Shown here in pieces: positions 11,501-24,305 of a stretch of DNA of 64,000 nucleotides. The stretch lies in contig NW_021832125.1 in the NCBI RefSeq assembly GCF_006345805.1, positions 124,001 through 188,000 on the forward strand. The letters are read 5' to 3'. The DNA is from Octopus sinensis. Taxonomy: Eukaryota. The notes under the pieces are model-generated. The model was not told the DNA's origin and did not search any database. It worked only from the letters and a program-made list of their open reading frames with translations. The position numbers and the translations under genes are program-made. Positions within the stretch are counted from its first letter, which is position 1. Each line of letters opens with the position of its first letter.

Positions 11501-14500
11501 AATTTGTTCCCGATCTTCACTAAAACGTGTTATTCAACACTTTTTACAGCAATTCTTCAAAATCAGTTTTTTGTTTTATGTTTTCACTCTCCAGACGACT
11601 TAATGCAGTTTTCAAATTTTCTAATTGTTCAAAATATTCATTTTTCTTAAAAGCCAATTCCTCTTTTGCATCGGCAAGTTCCTGGGTGAGCCGTGCTTGA
11701 TCTGTACGAAGGATTTTCCTATCATGTTCAAATCTGTTAGAATCCTCGAATCGTTGACTGTTTGATAGAATAATTTGTTTTTCATATTCATTCTCCATGT
11801 TTAGAATGCTATTTTTCAGACCCTCTGTCTCTTTTTTGTGTTTAATTCGCATTTCCTCCATTTCCTGACCGAAACTTTTTTGGATCTCCTCTATTTGCCT
11901 ATCAAACTCTTTTCGAGCGTGTTCCTGATACATAGTAAACTGCAGAACAACCCTTTCCGATTGGTTTCGTCTCGTTTCTTCTTCTCGGAGATGCTGAAAT
12001 TCATTAATGACGTTATTTAGGTGATCTTTCGTTTCCGCGTGACACGTGTTTGATTCGCTTATCGCCTGTTTAAGCGATCTTTCTGTTTTGTCTTTTTCAT
12101 CGCGGAAAGAATTGATATCGTCTAAGTGGATTAACAAGAGTGATTGAACGCATCAGCATTTCGTTTCTGTTTCTCACATTGCAGTTATCATTTTCTAATT
12201 GGTCTTTTTGCGTCAATAAAACTGCATTTTGTTGTCTCTCATCACAAAGGCATTTATTTAAACGAGTCTGTTCAAATTCCAAAGAACGAAAATGCTAAAA
12301 TGAGTTATTTGTGGCATTTGTGACTTGGTTGAGTTGATACTCATTTTCGTCCATCGATTTGATCTTTTCTTTGAGCATTTCTATGTTATTTTCAAGCCCT
12401 TCCTTTTCTTTTTTGACGATTACAAAGTTTTCCATCCTTCGAGATAACTCAGTCTGCAAGTTTATGATCTCATCGGTCATTGAGTTTTTTTGTCGTGAAG
12501 TCTAAAAAATTACATCACTATTATTTTCCTTCTTGTATTGCTGGAATATTTCGTTTTTCTCGACGATTGCAGACTCAATATCTGCTTCGAGGCGTTTCAA
12601 GTCGTTCTCTAGGAATTCAGCTTGGGCCGTTCGCGCTTTAAAGTTAAACATGGGCCCACACAATTCAAGTTGTTCTCCATGTCTGATCTCTCTTGTTCCA
12701 ATGCCATGAGGTCATTTCGCAGATTCCAAATCTCATTTTCCAATTCGTTTTTATCGTGCTGTGCTTTCGAGAATTTTTTGCTTAACTATAGTCGCTATGA
12801 AGTCTCCTTGGTTACTTTATTCATCTGAAACACTCCTTTTTCCTTCTCCTCGACCAGATTTTCGATTGTTTTTGCCCGTTCTGTCAATGACTTTTCCAAT
12901 ACTGCATTCTGAGACCTCAAAAGTCTCAAATCATTCTCGATATTTAATCTTTCTTTTTCTAGCCTTTCACGATCTTCACTTGATTCGTTCTGAACTTAAA
13001 TATGAGGAGTGATCTCAACCAGTTGTTTCATTGTATTTTCATTGTCAATTTTAAGTCGGTCCAACAAGTCTTTAGTGTACCCCAACTCACCCTTGGTTAC
13101 AGAAATCGAATTCTCCTGCCGTTCAATCAAAGTGTTGCTATTTCTTTATATTACTGGGACTACCATCTGTCAATCTCTTTAGTCTTTCGCGAATTCTCTC
13201 TTGTAAGTTCTTCCTTTTCCGATAAAAGGACTTGTATGGATTTTTGGAGATTGTTTTTTTCGAAATTACTTTTTTCAATTTCTAAATTCAGCTTCTTTGT
13301 TTTTTCTATGTCGATTTCTCTGGTCTTTTCAAGCTGAGTTAGCTCGTCGTTTTTAGATGACAAACTGTTCTTTAGTCTTTTCTGTTCCAGTGAACCCTCT
13401 TCGACGTTTTTCCGTCTTTACTATTACAATTAAATTACAGATTCCCGATTGTTGCTTCGAGATTGTTTATATTTTGCAAATGTGTTCGCTCAGAATTCCC
13501 CTGGTCTTTAATTTTAATTTCGAGCTTTGAAATTTTTTCTACAGAAGAACAAATTTTTGATTCGGCCTCGTTTATCTGTGAGGATATTTTAAATTATGGA
13601 TACTTGATCTTGCATCATACCGACAAAAGCCACAAGAGCAGAATAAGTTGCCGTAGCCAAGCTAGGAAGCTTCACGTCACACGAATTCAATTCACAACTT
13701 AAAGCTGGAAAAACACTCAAAAGTTTATTTGTTGTGACATTCCCACTATCTCCCATCATCAGCTTTGACAATATCATTGAAAAAGTTACTGCGGACATTT
13801 GCCTAAGAGACGTGGTGACTGCTTCTGCCTCTTTTCTTTCAAGGTTTACTAACTCGTTCATTTCATAGTGCAATATTGATTTCTCTTGTTCGATGTTTTC
13901 GACAGTTCTCTGCAGGTAATTGACTTCTTTCCGGCTTTGACAGGCGTCGGTCACAGCTTGAGCATATGAGTCCTCCAATCTTTTTAGACTGAGGAAATTA
14001 GGGTAACTATTCACTTATTAACGAGCTGGTCTCTTTCTTGTATTGTCATGTCCAACTTCTGAGCGAGCTGCGTCAACTTGGTCTAGAACTGTCAATCAAT
14101 TAACACTTCTCGTTGAGTGTTCTTCATTTCTTCAGTTTCGTGATGATTTCTTATTTTCTCCAAAGTGCACATAATCTCATGCCGACCTTGGGCGACATCT
14201 CGTTCGGTGTATCCTTTGATAGAGATGAACTGGTGCCGGATGTCGGACACATCTTTCCATAATAGTAACAGTCTACGGTGATCCTCGACATTCTGTTCCT
14301 CGTGATTCTGAGGTAAATAGTCAATCCATGTACTCTTTCGTTGCTTTCAAGTTGTCTTTCCACGTTCAGATTCAAAGATCTGAGTTTTTCAAGATCCTGG
14401 TTAAGTCTTTTTACTTCTGCAGTCAAATTCTGATTTGAGTCAAATGCTTGTTCGAGTTGTTCTCTTAGCAGATCATTCACACGCATCAAAGAAGTATTTC

Positions 14501-15121
14501 GGTTTTCTTCGTCTTCCAAGTTCTGCAAGTCTCTGGTCTTTGTGTCCTCGTAAGCAGCAGCCACGAAGGGTTCGTTCGACTAAAAATCGTTTTCCTGGAC
14601 GTTACGTTGTTTAGGGAGTTTCGCTTGAGCAGGTCGTTCAATTCGGCCTTTTGCTTGTATTCCAGTATCTCAAGTCAATTTATACAAAATACTTTCGACT
14701 GGAGACGTTGAATCAGGTCTGCCTGTCTCTGCTCTGACTTTTGATACTTTTCTATTTTTTGTTTAGTCTTTTGTCGCTCTTCTTCTAACTTATTGACCAA
14801 ATCGTTGTTTCTGCGGGGAAGAATGTTCTCAAAGTCAGTTTCGTTGGATGTGGCAGCTGAGCTCTCAAGCTGAAAAATCAGTGGAAAACATGGAAACAGT
14901 TGCCATAATTACTAAGTTAAAGTGAACTGCCATTAATCAATGATGGGCCAATTCACTGTCATTCAAATGTATATTTCCTAATTATTTATTGATACCAGTG
15001 TGTTATATTTCTGTGCTAATTCGTCCTTTTCCAGACGCAATTTCGACAACATTGCTTCCAGATTTTGTACTTCGTCGCACAAATCTTTATTTTCTTTTTT
15101 TAGATTTCCTTGAACTTTCAT
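8555..15121 (-). CDS. CROCC: Rootletin/C-Nap1-like long coiled-coil ciliary rootlet protein, many micro-introns; start uncertain (15121 or 14906)
   Basis: Rootletin-like segments ENKDLCDEVQNLEAMLSKLRLEKDELAQKYN, RQADLIQRLQSK-ILEYK, LEDEENRNTSLMRVNDLLREQLEQ, RKLDTICTVIRRTLGV and the C-terminal RDRIHQKRV; the rest is heptad-rich. Stop at 8555-8557 after a 24-nt intron. Confidence 0.85.
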
Positions 15122-15488
15122 ATATTAATTTCGTTTTTGGGTCTATTTATTATAAACATTTCCGAACAAACCAGATTCTTAATTCTGTTGCTAAGCGCCA
15201 CTCTATTTAAAATTTTATTATTATTATAAAAAAGTAAAATGAATTAATATAATTAAATCTTTATTTAATTAGATTCAAAACCCGTTTACTCGCCAAATTC
15301 GGGACTAGGTCAAAAATGACTATTAACTAATTTGGGGAGTAACTGAATAATCAATAAAAATTTTGTATGGACAAAATTAACAAATTATTTAGTATTTAAT
15401 TAGCAGCAAAGGATAAGATGGAATGGCAATTCCCACAAATAATTAAAATAAAAAAAATAATTAAACTAAAAAAAATTATTCCCTAAAA

Positions 15489-16485
15489 CAGGTGTTCTCA
15501 ACCGGGGGCGAATCGCCCCCCTAGGGGCGAAAATTTTGTACAGGGGGGCGATAATTTTTTACAAGGGGGCGATTTTAAAATAGCACGCTGTTTTTACATT
15601 CTTGTTTGGTATCTAAAATGTCTTCTCGCTCAAATAAGAAAAGTCGTCATTATCAAAACGAATATTTAAAATATGGGTTTATTCAAAGTACTGAAGATAC
15701 ATAACAGCCTTATTGTCTTATTTGTCAATGTTCTTTCTCAAATGAGGCGATGAAGCCATCACGATTACAGGATCATCTAAAACGCAAGCACCTGGATAAA
15801 TCAAATCGTTATTCACAAAGCCAGTACATGATGGTTATTTAACATTTATTTATATGCAGTTGTGGGTGCGCACATCGCTTCTTATAAAATTGCTGAAATT
15901 ATTACGAAAACTTCCAGTTCTCATACTATTGCAGAAAATGCAATAATTCCATCACTGAAAGTAATAATATCGGATGTAATGCATCAAGATGCTTCTAAAA
16001 TTATTAAAAGTCTACCTCTTAGCAATGATTCGATTATTATTATTATTTAAGCCAAACAAAATCACCGTCTTAACCATTAACTAACACGTTCAGGTGATTC
16101 GTCGAAGAATTGGTGAAATGGGTGACAATGTAAAGGAAATCCTTATTGAAAGACTGAAGCGAAGTAAGTTTTCATTACAAATTGATGAGAGCGTCATTGT
16201 AGATAGTAAAGCTGTTTTAATGGGATTTAAACCCGACATAGAATACTTAGCGAGTAAACATCAATACCAAGAGTCTCACTAATAATTTTTAATAAAAATT
16301 CAATTTTTTACATTTGATTTATTATTTTATATTTTGATTTTTGAGTTATATACAAAAAACAACCAATTAAGGGACAATGCCCAAAAATTTTTAAATTGTA
16401 TGTGGACAAGGGGGCGATAAAATTTCAAAGGGGGGCGATAAAATATCTAAGGGGGCGATGAACAAAAAAAGGTTGAGAATGCCTG
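15489..16485 (+). mobile_element. Non-autonomous, internally deleted Buster/Charlie-type hAT (about 1.0 kb), copy A
   Basis: TIRs CAGGTGTTCTCAACC / GGTTGAGAATGCCTG; TSD CCCTAAAA vs CCCTAGAA (1 mismatch); remnant transposase (YLKYGF, PLSNDS.RRRI, FSLQIDES). Confidence 0.9.
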
Positions 16486-16519
16486 CCCTAGAACATAAAT
16501 TCTAATTGTATTATGTAAT

Positions 16520-17170
16520 AATTATTCATTGATTTTACTTTTTCCATTAAGGTTCCAGCTCGCTGATATCCACTCTCCTTCTCTTGGAAGAAGAGCCTAC
16601 TTCCAGCTGCTTCTTACTCCCCATTACCACATCTGATTCAACCATTGCATCTTCTTTAGCATTCATTGGGACGTCTTCATCTTTCCATGCCATCTCCACA
16701 TACCGGTTGGAAGCAGAAGCGTATTCTTCACCGGATACCTTAATTCCGTGCTTGTGTTCGATCATCATACTCTTGAGCGTTCTTTTCAGTACAACGGATT
16801 GGATGTATGTCCTCGTTCCTGCTTCAATAGATAGTTTCTTCATATAATTTTTGAAGCATTTCGAGCCAACTCCATCCCATGTCATAACCACAGGAATTAT
16901 TTTTACTTGACAGCTATACAGAAGCGAAAGCTCACTTGCCAATAGGTCATACTTGTGACACTTTTCAACCTCCACTTGCTTAAGGCGATCCTGTGAGGTA
17001 ATACCCACTTCAATTAGATTTATTTCGTTTCTGACTTTGTCGTGAACAAAGATATCTGGCTTGTTATATTCTACTTTTGTTTCGGTGAGGATTGTTGTAT
17101 CAACCCTGATTTCAACTTTTCCCGTCGACAGTGTTGACTGAACAGAATGTCCCTTCAATCGTCTTGCTTT
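16520..17170 (-). mobile_element. 5'-truncated RLE-type retrotransposon (endonuclease domain only)
   Basis: HSVQS, NKPDIF, IEVGIT and KYDLLA motifs, homologous to the element at 1.2-3.2 kb. Confidence 0.85.
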
Positions 17171-17465
17171 TTTGTTCCCTATAGCATATATAGATTAATT
17201 AAGTTAATATTATTTAATTGATGTTAATCCGACCGTTGCCCGCTGGTGGTTAATCTCCTCCTTTTAGAGGAGGAAGTAACTACCACCACTCCTTAATCCT
17301 CTGTCTCCAAGTTAGTTACGACTCTTTTTCCCTCATTCTCCATATTATCTTTGTACGAATGACTTGCTTCAATTAAGAGGCTACTTACTGACTTTATCTC
17401 CTCATGAGTGATTCTGATCCCGTGCATGTGTTCAACAATCATACTCTCCAGAATTATCCTGAATA
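17170..17465 (-). mobile_element. Second, shorter 3'-end fragment of the same RLE family, in tandem with the previous one
   Basis: Manual translation RIILESMIVEHMHGIRITHEE matches RTLKSMMIEHKHGIKVSGEE of the neighbour; it is followed by a stop and an AT-rich 3' UTR. Confidence 0.65.
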
Positions 17466-18535
17466 AGAAAAACCCTCATTTTTGGAAGGTTTTCAAAGAC
17501 TAAGTAATATGGAGAACAAAGGAGAAAAGAACCGACTAAAAACAACTGAGGAAATAGCTATCCCGATCGATGAAGTTCCCTCACATTTGCGAAGACAACT
17601 GGCAAAAGTTCAAGAGATGGATTCGAAAGAATGGTTCCGAAAGAATTTATAGTGAGGCACAGAGAAGTCTGCGAGCTAACTTGAGTTATACGGGACCACT
17701 GTGCAGAGACATAACGTTGGAAGAAACGTATCATGAGCTGCAAGAACAATGCACCCGGCCATGACTACATTCCGATTACTGTATTCAAACATGCTCCAAT
17801 TATTTTCCTACAATACTTAACCGCACTATACAATAGAGACTTGGATACGTACCAGACTCTTGGAAAAAGTCAATCGTACGTATGATTCCAAAGCCTGAAA
17901 AAATGAAGGACCATACAGAGAACTATCAGCCAATAAGTCTACTATGTTCCGTCTCTAAAATTATGGAACGGATTGTCTTCACAAGGCTTTCGAACTTCGT
18001 AAAGGAATCAGGTGCAATTGCAGCGAAACAGTGCAGATTCCGACGAAAAAGATCATGCGGAGATTGTTGCGGAGAACTGGAGAAAGTCATCTCGCTTGGT
18101 CTTGCAAACAATATAGCGACTATTGCTATCTGCCTCGATGTCTCAAAAGCTTTTGACAGCGTATGGCACCTTGGCTTCTTGGAAAGTGTCGCCAAAATCA
18201 AACCTGGGTCTAGAACAGTCAATTGGCTGAAAAGCTATCTATCCATGAGGAGGTCATACATACGATGCGGAAACCGTTTTTCGGAATCTGTCGATCTCAA
18301 AAGAGGGGTACCTCAAGGCTCGGTCTTGAGCCCTCTGCTTTTTAATATTTACGTTGCTGATATTCCAAAACCGAAAGATCCTCCTAGTCGTTTTATGATC
18401 TACGCGGACGACATACTAATAACGGATGCTTCGTGGAGAAAAGACATCTCGTGGAGGAAATTAAAAGGATACGTGATAAGAGTGGAAGAGTGGTGCATAT
18501 CAAAAGGACTGACACTCGCAAAAAAAAGTATTCTT
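17465..18535 (+). mobile_element. L2/Jockey-like LINE reverse transcriptase fragment, frameshifted and truncated
   Basis: NYQPISLLCSVSKIMERI, LDVSKAFDSVWH, GVPQGSVLSPLLFNIY and YADD motifs. Confidence 0.9.
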
Positions 18536-19300
18536 TGATAAATTTGTTGTCATTCCCAAATTCCAACGATTCTAAACAATAATATGCCTGTTCAATTGTG
18601 AAGCGCGTACTTTCAAATTTCGTAATAATATCTGCAATAGCGAGATTTACTCGAAAACCTGAAATGTTTGAATAGCTTCGGATAAGGTCACATAGACTGC
18701 TCATTAATACATGGTTTCGAAGACTTTCTTTGGCTGTTCGAACTAGATATCTATCATCCGCGAATGATTCGAAAATATTTTGTACTCCGATCAGATTTTC
18801 TGAATAGTAAGTAGCGGCCTTAAGCCAACTCCCCCATCTTGTCAAATGCACACGAAATGGAATGGCGATGTTTCTGTCTTTAAATATTCGTTTTCTTGTA
18901 TTGTTCTTGTTAATTGCTGCTTGTACAGTAGCAATCATCAAATCAATTTCCGGATAGAAGGCTTTTATTTTCTCACAACAATTGTGTAATAGATGAACAG
19001 TACATGTGACATGGAATAACTTGGGGTACAGATTTTTAAGTATTTTGCCAGCTAAAACTTAAAAATGAAATTTTACCTGATTTCATATAATTTGCGGCAT
19101 CCGAAATTAACAAAAGGAAATTTTCCCTTTGAACCAAATTATTCCGAAGTACATCGTCGACTATTTGAACAATGATGTTCTTGTTAGGAGCAGATTCTAC
19201 CGGCTTAAACGATATCAGATATGTTGTTTCAGGAGAATTTAACGATCCAATCATCACAGCAACGTATCTTTGACACGAATTTTTGTTTCATCCGCAATAG

Positions 19301-21482
19301 CAGAGGTTTCCAAATGGGGAGGCGCGCCTCCCTAGGGAGGCGTTGACTCGTGTCAAGGGAGGCGCGAAAAGTATTTCAGAAACATTTTTTAGAAAATTAT
19401 ATCTATGTAAAAAACGTGACTATATTCCGATAATAAGAGTTATTAATTTAAAAATTATATTTTTTCAAAAATTTATTTAATTTATTAGACAATTAAATAA
19501 TTTTAACACATGAATAAATTCTTGAGTGGTTGCAAAAGAAAATTCACGAATAATAAAGATTTTGACGATGGTTCAAAAAATCAAAATGATTGGAATATAA
19601 TCAATACCACTCCAAAGACAAGAAAAATACTTTCCATCTTACTTATTGTTAGGATTCACACGTCTTTGTTGATTCTATGGAAAAACCCCTCTGTTTGCTT
19701 TGCCTCAAAACACTTGCAGCAGATAGTATGAGGCCATGCAAATTAAGAAGACATTTTGAAACGATGCATTCTGAACATGTCCATAAGTCTGAAGAATTTT
19801 TAAAAGAAAATTAGAAGAGTTTGATAACCAAACGAAATCGTTAAAAAAACTTGTTTCTGTCTCTTCAAATGCTTACTAGCATCGTACAAAGTTTCTTACA
19901 GGATTGCAAAATGCAAGAAACCGCACAATATCGGAGAAACTCTAGTTTTGCCAGCAGCTATCGATATGGTTGAAGCAATGTTTGGCGAATCCTATGCAAA
20001 ACAATTACAGCAAATACCGCTTGCTGATAACACAGTCGCTAGAAGAATTGATGACATATCTGAAGATCTTTGTGATCAGTTGTTTTCTCGACTACGTAAC
20101 TGTAAATTTGCTATACAAGTTGATGAGGGAGCTGACATAAATAAAAATGCACATTTAATGCATATGTCAGATATGCTGAAGAAAGTACAATAATAGAAGA
20201 TCTATTATTCTGCAAACCATTTCCTGGAAGGAGCACGGCCAATGAAATTTTTTATATAATTGATACTTTTTTTGAAGAAAATAACATAGAATGGATCAAT
20301 TGTGTTGGACTTTGTACAGACGGAGCACAGTCAATGTCAGGAAAAAATCTGGTCTTCAAGCTCTTGTAAAAAACAGAGCACCAGAAATTATCTGGACGCA
20401 CTGCATGCTGCACAGATCAGCACTTGTCTCAAAGAATAATAGTCCAGAACTGAACGATATTTTTGCGCAAATTACAAAAGTTATAAACTACATAAAACAC
20501 AGTCCTTTAAGAGCTAAGCTTTTTGCAAAGCTGTGTGAAGATATGGATTCAAAATATACATCGCTTTTATACTATTGTGAGGTACGCTGGCTATCTCGTG
20601 CAAAAGTGATTAGAAGGGTGTTTGAACTCAAAGATCAAGTTGCAGATTTTCTTGATGAAAATGATATTGAAGATGCAAAGTTGTTCAGGGATGATGACTT
20701 TATTGTCAAATTTGCCTATTTAGTTGACATTTGGGAAATTGAGTATATTGAATAAATCAATGCAGGGACCACAACTACATTTATTCTCTCAAAAGGACAA
20801 AATAAAAGCATTTATGAAAAAATTGGTATTATGGAAATCAAATATACAAAAAAATATCTATGACATGTTTCCACTTTTAAACACCTTTTGCGCCATAGTG
20901 AACATTGAAGCAAACAAAGACATATTTGCTGAACATTTGGATTGTTTGTTGAAGCATTTTGCTCACTATTTTAAAGATCTCGACTGTAAAATGTTCGAAT
21001 GGATACAGAATCCATTTATTGATGAAGGAGATAATCAATTGCATTGACAACTTTTGAAAAAGAAAAATTGATAGAATTGTCATGCGATACATTATTGAAA
21101 CAAAAATTTGAGAGAGAACCGCTAATTTCTTTTTGGTTGAATGTAAGAACGGAATATGAAATTTTTCGAATAAAGCAATGAAAGTTTTGTTGCCATTTGC
21201 TACTTCATATTTATGCGAACTGGATTTTCTGCACTAGCTGCAATTAAATCTAAATATCGAACTCGTTTAGTAGTGACTAATGAGCTAAGAGTAGCACTCT
21301 CTGCGATGACACCAAGATTTGAAAAACTTTGCGCCAAGATGGAAAAAAAATTATCTCATTAACTTTTTGTTTTAAAAAATTGTTTTTGATAAATAATAAT
21401 TGTATTATATTATGGAAATAAAGGGAGGCGCAAGATGTACTTTTTCTCTAAGGGAGGCGCGTAAAAAAACTTGAAACCTCTG
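19301..21482 (+). mobile_element. Buster/ZBED-type hAT transposon with frameshifted transposase
   Basis: TIRs CAGAGGTTTC / GAAACCTCTG; TSD CGCAATAG vs CGCATAG (1-nt deletion); motifs PLADNTVARRI, FAIQVDE, HCMLH and EVRWLS. Confidence 0.9.
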
Positions 21483-21642
21483 CGCATAGCAAAAAAACTT
21501 TTGATTGCTACGAATAAAGTAAATTTTTATACACTATTTTTGTTGAATTATCAATTTTTGATCAATTATGATTTGATTGACACAGCTTTAGCCTTCGATG
21601 TGAGGGTACTCGCACAGAACCTCCGTAAAACATTCTCTAAGC

Positions 21643-22630
21643 CAGGCATTCTCAACTTTTTTGTTCATCGCCCCTTTAGATATTTTATCGCCCCCCTTTG
21701 AAATTTTAATCGCCCCCTTGTCCACATACAATTTAAAATTTTTGGGCATTGTCCCTTAATTGGTTGTTGTTTTGTATATAACTCAAAAATCAAAATATAA
21801 ATAATAAATCAAATGTAAAAAATTGAATTTTATAAAATTATTAGTGAGACTCTTGATATTGATGTTTACTCGCTAAGTATTCTATGTCGGGTTTAATCCC
21901 ATTAAAACAGCTTTACTATCTACAATGACGCTTCATCAATTTGTATGAAAACTTACTTCGCTTCAGTCTTTCAATAAGGATTTCCTTTACATTGTCCCCC
22001 ATTTCACCAATTTTTCGACGAATCACCTGAACGGTTAGTTAATGGTTAAGACGGTGATTTTGTTTGGCTTAAATAATAATAATAATCGAATCATTGCTAA
22101 GAGGTAGACTTTTAATAATTTTAGAAGCATCTTGATGCATTACATCCGATATTATTACTTTCAGTGATGGAATTATTGCATTTTCTGCAATAGTATGAGA
22201 ACTGGAAGTTTTCGCAATAATTTCAGCAATTTTATAAGAAGCGATGTGCGCACCCACAACTGCATATAAATAAATGTTAAATAACCATCATGTACTGGCT
22301 TTGTGAATAACGATTTGATTTATCCAGGTGCTTGCGTTTTAGATGATCCTGTAATCGTGATGGCTTCATCGCCTCATTTGAGAAAGAACATTGACAAATA
22401 AGACAATAAGGCTGTTATGTATCTTCAGTACTTTGAATAAACCCATATTTTAAATATTCGTTTTGATAATGACGACTTTTCTTATTTGAGCGAGAAGACA
22501 TTTTAGATACCAAACAAGAATGTAAAAACAGCGTGCTATTTTAAAATCGCCCCCTTGTAAAAAATTATCGCCCCCCTGTACAAAATTTTTGCCCCTAGGG
22601 GGGCGATTCGCCCCCGGTTGAGAACACCTG
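21643..22630 (-). mobile_element. Non-autonomous Buster-type hAT, copy B (inverted near-identical copy of 15489-16485)
   Basis: Same TIRs and interior in reverse complement; perfect TSD CTCTAAGC (21635-21642 and 22631-22638). Confidence 0.92.
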
Positions 22631-22969
22631 CTCTAAGCCATGGCATAGATAGTTTGTTTAGCGGAATATCGGATTTAATGAATGCTTTGGTTACTTGTAG
22701 AGCCCAATCATCATTTTTGGCATATTGGTCAATATTTGTTTGGTGTGATATAGTCAGATAATCTACAAAAAATAATTTTTATTTCGAATAAACTCAATGA
22801 ATTTTGATGTTTCTGTGAGGATCGATGAGAATTTACAAAATGCCTTTTTTCGCATTTAATAGTACACAGACAGAGACGACAATATAATACACCATCCTCA
22901 AGAATCATAAATTATTGCGGATAATCCTTAACAATGGCTTTAGCTTTGATTTGATACAATTTTGCTATC

Positions 22970-23835
22970 TTTTTTTTTTTTTTTTTATTAAAATGGGGAA
23001 TAAGTTATACACGAATTAATAAAGAGCCTGGAAGTCAGCTCAAAGTCGCCGCACTGCGTATCGAGTGGCAGTTTCCGCGGAGCACTGCGACCGAGATTCG
23101 CTGGAAGAGCCAGCTCGTCTCCCTCCGGTCGTTGGTCTTCTTGGCGATTCTCCTGGCAATGTCGGCAAGAAGGCGAGTCGCAGACCTGCCGACAATTCCA
23201 GATGTTTCGAAGGCGAGGGGGACAAACTCGTAAGAGTCCGAAATATTTCCATACTTCGACCTCTTAGCCTCCTCAGCCTCAGCACTGGCGGAACCCGGGT
23301 TAGTGATGGACTTGAGTAACACCAACGCGGAGAACGAGTCAACACAAGTTGCGTCCCAAATCAGGTACTTGCCTTCCCTGAAAGGGAAGGTAGTCATCCC
23401 GTCAGGACGCTTTCCATCACTCCGGCAGAGACCGACTGGCTCTAGAGTGGAGGGGAAACCTGCCGACTCTAGAGCCCTTTTCACGACGTCATTGAGGTGA
23501 GTGTGGCGAGGAATTCTACCAGCACTCTTCTTGCACGAGAGGGCGTGCAAACCGTTCGGAGAGATCGTGGACCCGCACCGGCATGGGTGGGGCTGACAGA
23601 TGTCCAGGCCCAAGCGTAAGCAGACACCAATCCGTAAGGATTCGTCGTCCAAGAGATGTCCCGTACTAGGGGTAGGGAGTGCATTGAGCCAGTCTCCCGT
23701 ATGCGGCTGGCAAGCGCAGTTGAGAGATGCCAGTTGGACTTGGTCCAACTTTGACCGGAGTTTGCACAGAGTGTCTGAGCAAAAGACTTCGTCCCAGTTC
23801 TTTTGGACTGAAGGGATCGTCGGAAAAACCAGGCA
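22970..23835 (-). mobile_element. 5'-truncated CRE-clade retrotransposon (zinc knuckle plus RLE) with poly(A) tail
   Basis: ORF 23035-23841 has CRCG..H..C, RHTHLND, KRPDG, WDATC and KRSKY; a 17-nt A tail appears as T at 22970-22986. Confidence 0.92.
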
Positions 23836-24305
23836 TGTCAAAATAATTTTAACCTTATAATTTTAAATTTTAACTTTTTAACCTAATAATATTGTTTGTG
23901 ACCGGTTTTATTTTTGACCAGGTTTTATTTTGGACCGACATGCTCAGATTATAATAAAATTATATTTTTTTTAAATTTCTCCACTAAAAAAAAGATAATA
24001 ATATAAATATAATTAAAAAACCTTAATATTTATTTAATTAATTAAAGCGTGCATAATTGTTCTAGTAGATTTAACAAGAGAAGAATTGAAAATAATCAGT
24101 GATATTAAGAATAGTATATTAATTGATTCTAATATGGACAAAACTAAAAAGTATCGCCTTAAAAAATCGCAAAATTTTTTTATTTTGTTGACGAAAAGGC
24201 ATATTTTGTAAGGAATAACAAAAATCTTCGTTTTTTTGTTCGGAAGAGAGAGAACTTAAGCTAAAAACTATCAAAGTAAGCTCATATGTTGAATTTAAGC
24301 TATTA

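Noticed and set aside
8949-13702. Plus-strand ORFs such as 9053-9679 and 13002-13337
   Set aside because: They are antisense shadows of the rootletin coiled-coil exons, rich in F, S and L as expected.
15489-22630. One composite element bounded by 1-kb inverted repeats
   Set aside because: Each copy has its own distinct 8-bp TSD, so these are independent insertions.
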